Positions 31,271-42,165 are shown, numbered from the stretch's first letter. The stretch is 64,000 nt of DNA from Candidatus Eiseniibacteriota bacterium (GCA_963717935.1 CAVQXP010000004.1:288001-352000), one strand, 5' to 3'. The notes: generated by a model not told the origin, from the sequence alone. Program-made: numbers and translations.

Positions 31271-31302
31271 GCCACAACTCTGCCACATCGGTCGGATAAG
31301 GT
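31271..31302 (+). promoter_or_regulatory. OmpR/PhoB-type tandem box plus -10 element for the two-component operon
   Basis: GCCACA-ACTCT-GCCACA, 9 bp, TAAGGT. Confidence 0.6.
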
Positions 31303-31352
31303 AGAGTCGTGATGCGGGGCGTGCCCCCTGGTCGTGGACCCTGGAGCCTCAC

Positions 31353-32035
<683 letters not shown>

Positions 32036-32039
<4 letters not shown>

Positions 32040-33499
32040 GCCGCCGCCCGCGGGGCCGCAGCCTGTTCTGGACCATCTCGGGCCTGTTCCTGCTCGCGGT
32101 CGTGCTCGGCACGCTGCTCCAGGCGCTCCTGGCGGTCGCGGTCCTGCGGCCGCTCGAGGAGCGGGATTCCCGGGCCCGCGCCGAGGTCGTCGTCGCGAAC
32201 ATCGCCGCCGAGATCGCCACGGCACCGCTTCCCCCGGGCGCCGGAGAACTCGAGGCCCTGCTCGCCAGACACCGGGGGAATCTCGGCCCTCATCCCCCTT
32301 CGATCGTCTACCGGGCGACCGACGGACACACGGTCAGCAATCCCCGTAACCGCCAGCACATCTTCGAGCGCCTGCTCGCCGGCGAATCGCTGCCGGCCCC
32401 CCCGGAGGGGGAGGGCCGCGGCGGCGGCGCTCCGCCACGACTCGACATCCTCGCGCGGCGGCCGGTCCTGCACGGCGGGGAGCGGCTGGGCGAGGTGCTC
32501 GTGATCCGCCCGATGCGGCCACGCGAAGGCCGCATCCCCTTCGAGTTGCGGACCGTGCTGCTGTTCCTGCCCATCGCTCTGATCGCATCCATCGTCGTCG
32601 GCTTCCTGCTCGTGCGCATCCTGGTGCGGCGGCTGCGGGCGATCGAGATCCTGGCGGCGCGCGTGGCGGAAGGCGACCTCACGGTGCGCATCGGGGATCC
32701 CAGTGGTGACGAGATCGGCCGTCTGGCGGGGCGGCTCGATCGCATGACCGAGCGCCTCCTCGACGCGCGCACGCGCATCGAGGAGAACGAGCAGCAGCGC
32801 CGCCAGTTGTTCGCCGACATCACCCATGAGCTGGCCACGCCGCTGACCTCGATCCGCGGCTACGCCGAGACGCTGCTCGACCCCGGCGTGGCGGTCTCCG
32901 AGGAGGAGCGCGCCCGCTACGTGCGCGGCGTGCTCGAGGAGTCACGGCGGCTCGACCGCCTCATTCGCGATCTGTTCGAGCTGACGCGTCTCGAGGCCGG
33001 CGCCTCGGCGCTCACGCTCGAGTCGCTCGACTGGGCCGCGCTGTGCCGCAACACGGTGGAGCGCTTCGAGCCGCGTTTCCGCGACGCCGGACTGCGCCTG
33101 GAGTGGCGCGGGTCTCCCTCGCCGGCCTGGATCGAGGCCGACGGACATCGGATGGAGCAGGTGCTGGAGAACCTGCTGGCCAACGCGCTGCGCTACGTGC
33201 CCTCGGGCGGCACGGTCGAGCTCGCGCTCGCGGGCGTGCAGGGACGTGACGACCGCTTCCGCCTCACGGTGAGCGACGACGGCCCGGGGCTCTCGCCCGA
33301 CGACCTGTCGCACGCCTTCGAGCGGTTCTATCGCGCCGCGGGCGCCCGGGGAGCCGGCGCGGCCCGTGATGGCGGCGGCTCGGGCCTCGGGCTGGCGATC
33401 GTGCGCGAGATCGTCGAGCGGCACGGCGGCGCCGTCAGCGCGGAGACGCGCGCGCCGCACGGGCTCGCGATCGTCATCGAGTTGCCGGCGCGGAGCTGA
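32036..33499 (+). CDS. HAMP-domain sensor histidine kinase (BaeS-like)
   Basis: Two hydrophobic segments, HAMP DEIGRLA, H-box ITHELATPLT, N-box NLLANALRY, DDGPG, GSGLGL. Confidence 0.93.
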
Positions 33500-33714
33500 G
33501 GCGTTCCGGCGCGAGGCCGCCGCCGCTCAGCCCGCTGCGGGATCGTCCGGCGCTCTGCGGGTGAACGTCCTGCGAACGCCGGGGACTCGACGGCCGGTCA
33601 TGCCGCGCGAGAATCGCGCGGGCCACGACGCGCGACCCGCCGGCGGATCCTTGGAGAGCGGAGCGTCGCAAGGTTTCCCCTTGACGGATGGAGGCCCCTG
33701 GACGAACATTATAA

Positions 33715-33840
33715 GTGGCGCCACGATGCAGCGAGGTCGCGGCGCGAATTCACCCCACGCATGAAGTGGGGCAAGGCCGGAAACGGACCCCTTTGCGGAT
33801 CCCACGGCCATCACTGCGAACGACGCCGGTTGAGCGCCAC
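33715..33840 (+). ncRNA. Candidate structured non-coding RNA (unassigned; loosely 6S-like architecture)
   Basis: Nested complementarity with a closing stem GTGGCGC/GCGCCAC, an inner stem and two terminal hairpins including a GAAA tetraloop; TTGACG and an AT patch upstream; lies between convergent genes. Confidence 0.45.
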
Positions 33841-33933
33841 CCCGGGACACGGGTCGATCCGAGAGTCCCCGAGCGACGAGCGATCGGCGTCGAGTCTTGT
33901 GAACGCGCCGCCTCCGGCGGCCGCACCCACGCG

Positions 33934-34503
33934 CTACAGCCCCAGTTCGCCCTTGATGCCGCGCAGCGCCTCGAGCGTGGCGGCGATGTGCGGGTCGAGT
34001 TCCACGCCCAGTTCGGCCGCGCCGTTCACGATGTCCTCGCGGCTCACGTTCCGGGCGAAGTCGGCGCGCTTCATCTTCTTCCTCACTCCCGCCACCTCGA
34101 CCTCGTCCAGCGACTTGTGGGGCATGATCAACGCGCAGGCCACCAGGAAGCCGCACAGCTCGTCGCAGGCATAGAGCACCCTGGCCATCGGCGTTTCGCG
34201 CGGGACTCCGGTGTGCGTCGCGTGCCCGAGCACGGCCTGGCAGATGTCCGCCGGCCAGCCCAGGCCCCGCAGCACCCTCACGCCCTCGGCCGGATGGCGC
34301 GCGGCATCGGGGTGACGCTCCCAGTCGAAGTCGTGGATGAGGCCGGCCAGGCCCCAGCGTTCCTCGTCGGCACCCAGCAGCCGCGCGTGATGGCGCATCG
34401 CGGCCTCGACCGCGTAGCAGTGCTTGCGCAGATTCGGATTCTGGATCCACTCGTGCAGCAGCGCGAGCGCCTGCTCGCGGGTCGGGAGGGCGGGGTCGTT
34501 CAT
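33934..34503 (-). CDS. HD/HDIG domain metal-dependent phosphohydrolase
   Basis: LRKHCYAVEAAM, GLIHDFD, ACDELCGF, KRADFAR. Confidence 0.88.
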   Translation of the reverse strand: MNDPALPTREQALALLHEWIQNPNLRKHCYAVEAAMRHHARLLGADEERWGLAGLIHDFDWERHPDAARHPAEGVRVLRGLGWPADICQAVLGHATHTGVPRETPMARVLYACDELCGFLVACALIMPHKSLDEVEVAGVRKKMKRADFARNVSREDIVNGAAELGVELDPHIAATLEALRGIKGELGL

Positions 34504-34571
34504 GGTGCGGTCCTCACGAAGAAGGCCGCGCGCCGGACCGCCGTCCGTTCGAGGTCACCGGGAGAACCCGC

Positions 34572-34811
34572 TCACTTGTCCTTGAAGAACGCGCGGTTCT
34601 TCTCGATGTAGTCCAGCCACTTCTCGGGCACCGAGGCGTCCGGGAAGATGGCCTGCACCGGGCAAGCCGCCTCGCACGCCTGGCAGTCGATGCACTCATC
34701 GGGGTGGATGTAGTACTGGTCCTCGCCCTCGTAGATGCAGTTCACGGGGCAGACTTCCACGCAGGACTTGTCCTTCACCCCGATGCAGGGCTCTGCGATG
34801 ACGAACGGCAT
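34572..34811 (-). CDS. fdxA: Dicluster (7Fe-type) ferredoxin
   Basis: CIGVKDKSCVEVCPVNCI and CIDCQACEAACP; GGAGGAG RBS. Confidence 0.93.
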   Translation of the reverse strand: MPFVIAEPCIGVKDKSCVEVCPVNCIYEGEDQYYIHPDECIDCQACEAACPVQAIFPDASVPEKWLDYIEKNRAFFKDK

Positions 34812-35240
34812 GCGCTCCTCCGGCCCAGCTCCACCTTCGGCGGGCGTCCCTGTCGGGGTCCGCGACCGCGGCAGGTTACGCGCGCCGCGGACGCGATCCG
34901 CACCGCCCGGAAACTCCGCTGGAAGGTGGGCGGCAGTCTAGGGCCGGCCTCCGGAGGGCGCAAGCGCGAGCCGACGACGGGGCCCGACCGCGGCGCGCGG
35001 GCCGCACCGCTCCCGTCGACGGTTCGGCCGCGTCCGGCGCGACTTCCCTGCGTGCGGAATCGGCGGCGCCTCGCGCACCCCTTTCTGCGGCAGAATGCGG
35101 CTCGTGCGCCGGCGCGAATCCGCTGCGCGCCGTGCGGACGTCCACGTGTGCAGCGGTGGCGAATGGCCCGCAGCCCCGGCGCGGGCGACGCGGGACCCAG
35201 CGCCCACAGAGGACCGAAGAAGGCACCGGGAAGAGCGAAC

Positions 35241-35843
35241 ATGGCGACCGACATCGCGGCAATCCTGCGGAACCTCGAATCCTGCTACGACTTTGCAGAC
35301 AAGTCGGTGATCCACGTGGGCGCCGGCGGCGGACAGTTCGTTGGCTACGCCGTCCGGGCACGCAAGGTGCTCGGGGTGGATCCCGACGCCGCCGCGGTGG
35401 AGCGGCTGAAGCTCGCCATCCGCGAGCAGGGCCTGGAGAGTCGCTTCAGCGCGCTGCGGGGCGACATCCTGACGGTCGCCGAACGCGCGGATGTGGTCTT
35501 CTTCGAGTTCTGCCTCCACGAGATCGTGGACCCGCGCGCGGCACTGCGGCACGCTCGCACGCTGGCGCCCGAGATCCTCATCGTGGACCCGGCGGCGGAT
35601 TCACGCTGGGCCTGGCATCTGTGCGAGACGGAGAAGGCCCACCGCGGCTGGGCGGCCGTCGAGCGATACGCGCTCACGCTCGACCGGACCTTCCCGGGCG
35701 TGCAGCGCTTCCACGACCACGCGGAGCTGCTGGCGAAGGTGCAGGTGCTGGGCGAGTGCGTGATCCGCCGCGCCCAGGAGTTCGCGGGCCAGCGGGATTT
35801 CACGATCGACATGCCGTACCGTGTGGCGCTGCTGTCCCGCTGA
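35241..35843 (+). CDS. Class I SAM-dependent methyltransferase-like protein
   Basis: VIHVGAGGG motif I, GVD, GDIL, DVVFFEFCLHE. Confidence 0.7.
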   Translation: MATDIAAILRNLESCYDFADKSVIHVGAGGGQFVGYAVRARKVLGVDPDAAAVERLKLAIREQGLESRFSALRGDILTVAERADVVFFEFCLHEIVDPRAALRHARTLAPEILIVDPAADSRWAWHLCETEKAHRGWAAVERYALTLDRTFPGVQRFHDHAELLAKVQVLGECVIRRAQEFAGQRDFTIDMPYRVALLSR

Positions 35844-36041
35844 ACCAGGCTCGAGCGCCCTCACGACCACGACGGGACAGCGCCCCTTGCCGATGGTGAC
35901 CTCCCACGGGCAGGCGGTGACGCGGGCCCCGGCGGCCCGGGGACCTGCGTCCGGCGCCTCCACCCGTGCGCCCGGCTTGCGGTTCGCGAGCTCTCCGGGC
36001 TAGGTTCGAAGCTCGTCACGTTCCCAACCCCGAGGTGCCCC

Positions 36042-38171
36042 ATGCCCGCTCCAGCCCGTCGCGTTCTCCGTGCCGCCACCCTGGCGGCGGCCTTCTCCCT
36101 CGGCGCCGGGTTCATCGCGCAACCCGCCGCCGGATCGTCCAGCGTCGCGCCGACGGCCGAGCGGCCGCCCTGGCTGGCCACCTCGGCCACGTCGCTCGAG
36201 CAGACTCTGGTGGCCAGGCATGGCGAGGCCGAGCGTGACCGCATCACCACCGGGCTGGCGCAGGTGGCCGACTACTGGCGCGCCGAGGACGGCACCGCCG
36301 AGGACTTCGCCACCTTCGTGGAGACCTATTTCGCGCCTGCGGGCCCGCAGTTGGACGCCCTCTTCGCGCGCCTGGAATCCTCGCTCGAGAGCATGGACGG
36401 GCACGTGCTCGAGATCTCGCGCGACTGGCGGAGCCAGTCCGAGCTGGATCTGGGGCCGGCCTACGCCTTCGACGAGCTGATGGCCGCCTACGCCCCGGGG
36501 GCGCACTTCCTGGAGGACAGCTACCGGAACAAGCTGGCCTTCGTCGTGCTCCTGAACTTCCCCCTGAGCACGCTCGAGCAGCGCCAGACCGAGGGCGCGG
36601 CCTGGACGCGCCGGCAGTGGGCCGAAGCGAGACTCGCGGACCGCTTCGCCAAGCGCATCCCCGCCGAGGTGAACCAGGCCTACGCGGAGGCGAGCGCCGA
36701 GGCCGAGACGTACATCGCGGGCTACAACCTGTGGGCGCATCACCTGCTCGACACCAGGGACCAGCGCCCGTTCGCAGCCGGCAAGCGGCTGCTCAGCCAC
36801 TGGAACCTGCGGGACGAGCTGAAGGCCCACTACGCCCGCGGCAAGGCGGGTCTCGACGCACAGCGGACCATGGCCCGGGCCATGGAGCGCATCGTCGATC
36901 AGACCATCCCCGCCTGCGTCATCGACAACCCGTTCGTGGACTGGAATCCCTTCACCAACGAGGTGAGCCCCGCGGCCGTGAAGGACAGCGACCGCCCCGT
37001 CCCCGCGGATCTGAAGATCACCAGCGCTCCCGAGCCCGGCCGCCGCTACGAGGTGCTCCTGAAGTGCTTCCAGGCCGTGAAGCGCCAGGATCCCTACAGC
37101 CCCCGCACGCCCACCCACATCGCCCGCAGCTTCGAGGAGAGTCGCCAGCTCCCCGAGGCCCGCGTGAAGAAGATGCTCGAGGACATCTGCGGGAGTCCCC
37201 GGGTGAAGGACGTGGCGCGTCTCATCGAGAAGCGTCTCGGCCGCAAGCTCGAGCCCTTCGACATCTGGTACAACGGCCTGCGCCCCGCCAGCAGCGTGAG
37301 CGAGGCGGAACTGGACGCCATCACCCGCCAGCGCTACCCGACCCCCGCGGCCTTCGACCAGGATCTGCCCAACATCCTCAAGCGGCTCGGCTTCAGCGAG
37401 GAGCGCGCCGCCTTCCTGTCCTCCAAGATCGACGTCGATCCCGCGCGCGGCTCCGGTCACGCGGCCGGCGCGGCCCGCCGCGACGACAACGCCCGACTGC
37501 GCACCCGCGTGGGCAGGGAGGGCATGGACTACAAGGGCTTCAACATCGCCGTCCACGAGCTGGGCCACAACGTGGAGCAGGTCTTCGGCCTGAATCGGGT
37601 GGACCACACGCTGCTGCAGGGCGTGCCCAACACCGCGTTCACGGAGGCCGTGGCCTACACCTTCCAGAACCGCGACCTGGAGATCCTCGGCGTGCCACGC
37701 AGGGCGGCGGACGCCCGGACCCAGGCCCTGAAGACGCTGGGCGAGTTCTGGCAGACCTACGAGATCTCCGGCGTGTCCCTGGTGGACATGGCCATCTGGC
37801 ACTGGATGTACGACCACCCCGACGCCTCACCGGTCGAACTGAAGGCGGCCACCCTGCAGATCTCCAAGGACGTGTGGAACGCCTACTTCGCCCCCGTCTT
37901 CGGCCGGAAGGACTGCACCCTCCTGGCCGTCTACAGCCACATCGTCCACTCGTTCCTCTACCTGCCCGACTACGCCGTCGGACACCTGATCGGCGTCCAG
38001 GTGGAGGCACAGATCGCGAAGAGCGGTGACGTGGCCGGCGAGGTGGAGCGCATGTGCCGCATCGGCAACGTCGCCCCGGACCTCTGGATGACGCAGGCCA
38101 CCGGGAGCCCCGTGGGCCCCGAGGCCCTGCTGGCGGCGACGGCCGAGGCGCTGAAGCAGGTCGGGAAGTAA
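36042..38171 (+). CDS. Secreted hypothetical protein, probable gluzincin metallopeptidase (M2/M3-like)
   Basis: Signal peptide; AVHELGHN followed by PNTAFTEA; late HSFLYLPDY. Confidence 0.7.
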   Translation: MPAPARRVLRAATLAAAFSLGAGFIAQPAAGSSSVAPTAERPPWLATSATSLEQTLVARHGEAERDRITTGLAQVADYWRAEDGTAEDFATFVETYFAPAGPQLDALFARLESSLESMDGHVLEISRDWRSQSELDLGPAYAFDELMAAYAPGAHFLEDSYRNKLAFVVLLNFPLSTLEQRQTEGAAWTRRQWAEARLADRFAKRIPAEVNQAYAEASAEAETYIAGYNLWAHHLLDTRDQRPFAAGKRLLSHWNLRDELKAHYARGKAGLDAQRTMARAMERIVDQTIPACVIDNPFVDWNPFTNEVSPAAVKDSDRPVPADLKITSAPEPGRRYEVLLKCFQAVKRQDPYSPRTPTHIARSFEESRQLPEARVKKMLEDICGSPRVKDVARLIEKRLGRKLEPFDIWYNGLRPASSVSEAELDAITRQRYPTPAAFDQDLPNILKRLGFSEERAAFLSSKIDVDPARGSGHAAGAARRDDNARLRTRVGREGMDYKGFNIAVHELGHNVEQVFGLNRVDHTLLQGVPNTAFTEAVAYTFQNRDLEILGVPRRAADARTQALKTLGEFWQTYEISGVSLVDMAIWHWMYDHPDASPVELKAATLQISKDVWNAYFAPVFGRKDCTLLAVYSHIVHSFLYLPDYAVGHLIGVQVEAQIAKSGDVAGEVERMCRIGNVAPDLWMTQATGSPVGPEALLAATAEALKQVGK

Positions 38172-38247
38172 CGCGCGCGGATCGAGCGGAGGTGCGAGGC
38201 CGGCCCACGGCCTTCGCACCCCGCCCGGCCCGGACCGCGAAGGTCGC

Positions 38248-38868
38248 ATGCTCACCTACCTGATCCTCGGGATGACCTACGCCTTCGCAGCGGCCGTGCA
38301 GCCCGGCCCGCTGCAGGCGTACATCGTCTCGCAGACCCTGAGCCACGGCTGGCGCCGCGCGCTGCCGGCCGCGTTCTCGCCGCTCCTGAGCGACGGGCCC
38401 ATCATCGTCCTCGTGCTGCTGGTCCTCACCCGTCTGCCGGCCGGGTTGATCCTCGGGCTGCGCCTCGCGGGCGGCATCCTCCTGCTGCTCTTCGCCTTCC
38501 TCGCGGCACGGACGTGGCGGTTCTACGAAGCCGACAGGGCCGCGCCTGCGGACGTCCAGCCGCGGAGCCTGCTGGGGGCGACCGCGGTCAACCTGATGAG
38601 CCCGGGGCCGTACCTGGGCTGGAGCCTGGTGATGGGTCCGCTGCTGCTGAAGGGCTGGCGCGAGGCGCCGGCGAACGGCATCGCGATGCTCGCCGGCTTC
38701 TACGGAGTGATGGTCCTGAGCATGGCCGTCATCATCGTGCTCGCCGGCGCCGCGCGAGGCCTGGGCCCACGCGCGAACCGCGCCATGATCGGCCTCTCCG
38801 CGCTGGCGCTCGCCGGGCTGGGTGTGTGGCAATTGTGGTCGTGGGCCGTGGCGCTTCCGCCCGCGTGA
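38248..38868 (+). CDS. LysE/RhtB family translocator
   Basis: AAVQPGP, LLSDGP, NLMSPGPYLGW; about six hydrophobic segments. Confidence 0.82.
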   Translation: MLTYLILGMTYAFAAAVQPGPLQAYIVSQTLSHGWRRALPAAFSPLLSDGPIIVLVLLVLTRLPAGLILGLRLAGGILLLLFAFLAARTWRFYEADRAAPADVQPRSLLGATAVNLMSPGPYLGWSLVMGPLLLKGWREAPANGIAMLAGFYGVMVLSMAVIIVLAGAARGLGPRANRAMIGLSALALAGLGVWQLWSWAVALPPA

Positions 38869-38981
38869 CGCCGGAGCGGCCTCTCGGCCCCGGGCGCCCT
38901 CCCGGCCTCCGACCCGGTGGACCTTTCCCCGCGGGCTGCTAGAATCCCGCGGCTCGACCACCCTTCAGCCCGGAGTCCAAC

Positions 38982-39926
38982 GTGTCCCGAATCCACGACG
39001 TCGTCATCATCGGCTCGGGCCCGGCCGGCTACACGGCCGCCATCTACGCCGCCCGCGCCAATCTGCAGCCGCTCATGCTCGTCGGGCCGCAGCCCGGCGG
39101 CCAGCTCACGATCACCACCGAGGTCGAGAACTACCCGGGCTTCCCCGAGGGCATCCAGGGGCCGGAACTGATGCAGAAGATGCGCGAGCAGGCGGCGCGC
39201 TTCGGCACCGAGATCGTCGAGGCCACGGTCGAGAGCGTGGACTTCGCGCAGCGCCCCTTCACGATCCGCACCGGCCAGGACGAGTACCGGGCGAGGACGG
39301 TCATCGTCTCGACCGGCGCCTCGGCCCGCCTGCTGGGGATCCCGACCGAGAAGAAGTTCTTCGGCTTCGGCGTCTCGGCCTGCGCCACCTGTGATGGCTT
39401 CTTCTTCAAGGGCAGGCGCGTCATGGTCGTGGGCGGCGGCGACACGGCGCTGGAAGAGGCCAACTACCTGACGCGCTTCTGCAGCGAGGTGCTGATCGTG
39501 CACCGGCGCGACCAGATGCGGGCATCCAAGATCATGCAGGAGCGCTCGCTCGCGAACCCGAAGATCCGCTTCCTCCTGAACTCGACGGTGGAGGAGGTCC
39601 TGGGCCAGGAGGGGCCGCTGAAGGTGACGGGCGTGAAGCTGCGCGACCCGAGGACGGGCGCCGTCAGCGAACACCCGATCGACGGCATCTTCGTGGCCAT
39701 CGGGCACCAGCCCAACACGGCGTTCCTGAAGGGCCAGCTCGCCATCGACGAGAAGGACTACGTGATCGTGGAGCCGGGCTCGTCGCGCACGAACGTGCCC
39801 GGCGTCTTCGCGGCGGGCGACGTGGCCGACCCGGTCTATCGCCAGGCCGTGTGGGCCGCAGGCAGCGGCTGCCAGGCGGCGATCGACGCGGAGCGCTGGC
39901 TCGAAGCGCAGGCGCACGGCGGCTGA
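38982..39926 (+). CDS. trxB: Thioredoxin-disulfide reductase
   Basis: IIGSGPAGYTAAIY, VENYPGF, CATCDG, GGGDTA, HRRD, FAAGDV. Confidence 0.96.
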   Translation: MSRIHDVVIIGSGPAGYTAAIYAARANLQPLMLVGPQPGGQLTITTEVENYPGFPEGIQGPELMQKMREQAARFGTEIVEATVESVDFAQRPFTIRTGQDEYRARTVIVSTGASARLLGIPTEKKFFGFGVSACATCDGFFFKGRRVMVVGGGDTALEEANYLTRFCSEVLIVHRRDQMRASKIMQERSLANPKIRFLLNSTVEEVLGQEGPLKVTGVKLRDPRTGAVSEHPIDGIFVAIGHQPNTAFLKGQLAIDEKDYVIVEPGSSRTNVPGVFAAGDVADPVYRQAVWAAGSGCQAAIDAERWLEAQAHGG

Positions 39927-39946
39927 CGCTGGCCCGGGAGAGCGAC

Positions 39947-41635
39947 ATGGAGCGCGAGGCCCTCGAGTTCGACGTGCAGTTCGTGGGCGCGGGCCCGGCG
40001 GGACTCGCGGGAGCCATCCATCTCGCGAACCTGATCGAGCGCCACGACGCGAGCGTGGCCGCGGGCGCCCCGGGCGAGCCGCTCGGCGAGATCACCATCG
40101 CCGTGCTCGAGAAGGGGAAGGCCGTGGGCGCCCACGGCATCTCGGGCGCGGTGCTCGACCCGCGCGCGCTGAACGAGTTGATGCCCGACTGGCGCGCGAA
40201 GGGCTGCCCCGTCGCCGGCGAGGTGACCGGGGACGACGTCTACTTCCTGTGGGACACCGGGCAGTTCCGGCTGCCGATCCTGCCGCCCATCCTCCAGAAC
40301 CACGGCAACTCGATCGTCTCGCTCGGCCGCCTGGTCGAGTGGCTGGCCGGCATCGCCGAGGAGAAGGGCGTGCTGGTCGTGACCGAGACCGCCGCCGCGC
40401 AGCCGCTGATCGAGAACGGCCGGCTTGCGGGCGTGCGCACGGGCGACAAGGGCGTGGACAGGGCGGGCGCGCAGAAACCCAACTACCAGCCCGGCGCCGA
40501 TTGCAGGGCGAAGGCGACGGTGCTGTGCGAGGGCCCGCGCGGCACGCTTGCGAAATCGCTCGAAGCCACGCTGGGCCTGACCGTGGGCCGGAACGCACAG
40601 GTCTACTCGACGGGCGTGAAGGAGGTCTGGGAGGTTCCCGCGGGACGCGCGCAGATGGGGCGCGTGATCCACACCATGGGCTGGCCCCTTCCCGACGACA
40701 CCTTCGGCGGCGGCTTCGTCTACGGCATGGACGAGTCGCACTGGGCGCTCGGGCTCGTCACCGGGCTCGACTCGCCCGACCCCGCGAACGACCCGCACGG
40801 CAACTTCCAGCGCTGGAAGACGCACCCGCTGCTGCGCCCGCTGCTCGCAGGCGGCAAGCCCGTCGCTTACGGCGCCAAGGCCATCCCCGAGGGCGGCTGG
40901 TGGGCCATGCCGGGACTCGCGGCCGACGGCCTGCTCCTCGCCGGCGACTCGGGCGGGTTCCTCAACGGCGCGCGCCTGAAGGGCATCCACCTCGCCATCA
41001 AGTCGGGCATGCTCGCCGCCGAGACCCTGTTCGAGTGCCTGCTGGCGAAGGACTTCTCGAAGGAGCGCCTGGCGAAGTACGAGGAGCGGGTCCGGCACTC
41101 CTGGGCCGCGGACGAGCTGAGGAGCGTGCGCAACTTCCACCAGGGCTTCGCGGGCGGACTCTACACCGGCATGGTGAGCGCCGGCATCCAGATGATGCTG
41201 GGCGGACGCGACCTGTTCGGCGACCGGCTCAAGAGCGGGCCGGGACACGAGCACATGCGCAGACTGCGCGAGCGCCACCCGGGCGGCAAGCCCGCGTCGC
41301 AGAAGTTCGATGGCGCGCTCACCTTCGACAAGCTGGCGGACGTGTACCTCTCGGGCACGAAGCACGACGAGGACCAGCCGGTGCATCTGATCGTGACCGA
41401 CCCGGCCGTGTGCGCCACGAAGTGCCGCGAGGAATACGGCAATCCCTGCCAGCATTTCTGCCCGGCGAGCGTCTACGAGCTGGTGCCGGACGAGTCGAAG
41501 CCCGATGCCCTGCGGCTGCAGATCAACGCCTCGAACTGCGTGCACTGCAAGACCTGCGACATCGCCGACCCGTACCAGGTCATCACCTGGGTCCCGCCCG
41601 AGGGCGGCGACGGCCCGGACTACAAGGACCTGTAG
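39947..41635 (+). CDS. Electron transfer flavoprotein-ubiquinone oxidoreductase
   Basis: VGAGPAGL, SGAVLDP, YGAKAIPEGG, KGIHLAIKSG, FCPASVYE, NCVHCKTCDI, WVPPEGGDGP. Confidence 0.93.
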   Translation: MEREALEFDVQFVGAGPAGLAGAIHLANLIERHDASVAAGAPGEPLGEITIAVLEKGKAVGAHGISGAVLDPRALNELMPDWRAKGCPVAGEVTGDDVYFLWDTGQFRLPILPPILQNHGNSIVSLGRLVEWLAGIAEEKGVLVVTETAAAQPLIENGRLAGVRTGDKGVDRAGAQKPNYQPGADCRAKATVLCEGPRGTLAKSLEATLGLTVGRNAQVYSTGVKEVWEVPAGRAQMGRVIHTMGWPLPDDTFGGGFVYGMDESHWALGLVTGLDSPDPANDPHGNFQRWKTHPLLRPLLAGGKPVAYGAKAIPEGGWWAMPGLAADGLLLAGDSGGFLNGARLKGIHLAIKSGMLAAETLFECLLAKDFSKERLAKYEERVRHSWAADELRSVRNFHQGFAGGLYTGMVSAGIQMMLGGRDLFGDRLKSGPGHEHMRRLRERHPGGKPASQKFDGALTFDKLADVYLSGTKHDEDQPVHLIVTDPAVCATKCREEYGNPCQHFCPASVYELVPDESKPDALRLQINASNCVHCKTCDIADPYQVITWVPPEGGDGPDYKDL

Positions 41636-41710
41636 CCGGGGCCCCGCGGCGGGTGTAGCCTCCTTGGGCCGCCGGTCCCCCGTCCCACGCGCCCCCCCGA
41701 AGGAGACCCC

Positions 41711-42076
41711 ATGAGCCCCGCCGCGCGCCGCTGGCTCTTCTGGACGCCCCGCGTCCTTGGCATCGCGTTCGTCCTGTTGATCAGTGCTTTCGCGATGGAC
41801 GTCTTCAACGGGCACTACGGCCTGGCGCAATTGCTCGTCGCCCTGGGCATGCACCTCATCCCCGCGGGTCTCGTCCTGGCCGCCCTGGTCGTGGCATGGA
41901 GGTGGGAGTGGGTCGGCGCCGTGCTGTTCTTCGGCCTCGGCGTGGCCTACATCGTGACGATGCGGGGACGCTTCGAGTGGTCCACCTACGCGCTCATCGC
42001 CGGACCGGCTTTCTTGATGGGCTTGCTCTTCCTGCTCAACTGGCGTCACCGGGCTGAGCTGCGCCGCCGCACCTGA
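41711..42076 (+). CDS. Small membrane protein of unknown function
   Basis: WTPRVLGI...FAMDVF...HLIP; about four hydrophobic segments; AAGGAG RBS. Confidence 0.75.
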   Translation: MSPAARRWLFWTPRVLGIAFVLLISAFAMDVFNGHYGLAQLLVALGMHLIPAGLVLAALVVAWRWEWVGAVLFFGLGVAYIVTMRGRFEWSTYALIAGPAFLMGLLFLLNWRHRAELRRRT

Positions 42077-42165
42077 GCGGAGCGCCCCGCTCCGGGTATA
42101 CAATGGCGCGGTCGGCCTCCAGCGAGTCCAGCCGCACGCGCCGCAGTCAGCCACGAGGAGACTTC

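Noticed and set aside
33766..33830. c-di-GMP-I or SRP RNA identity for the candidate ncRNA
   Set aside because: Lacks GGCAAAC...GACGCAAAGC and the SRP CAGGTCCGGAAGGAAGCAGC core; no downstream gene on the same strand
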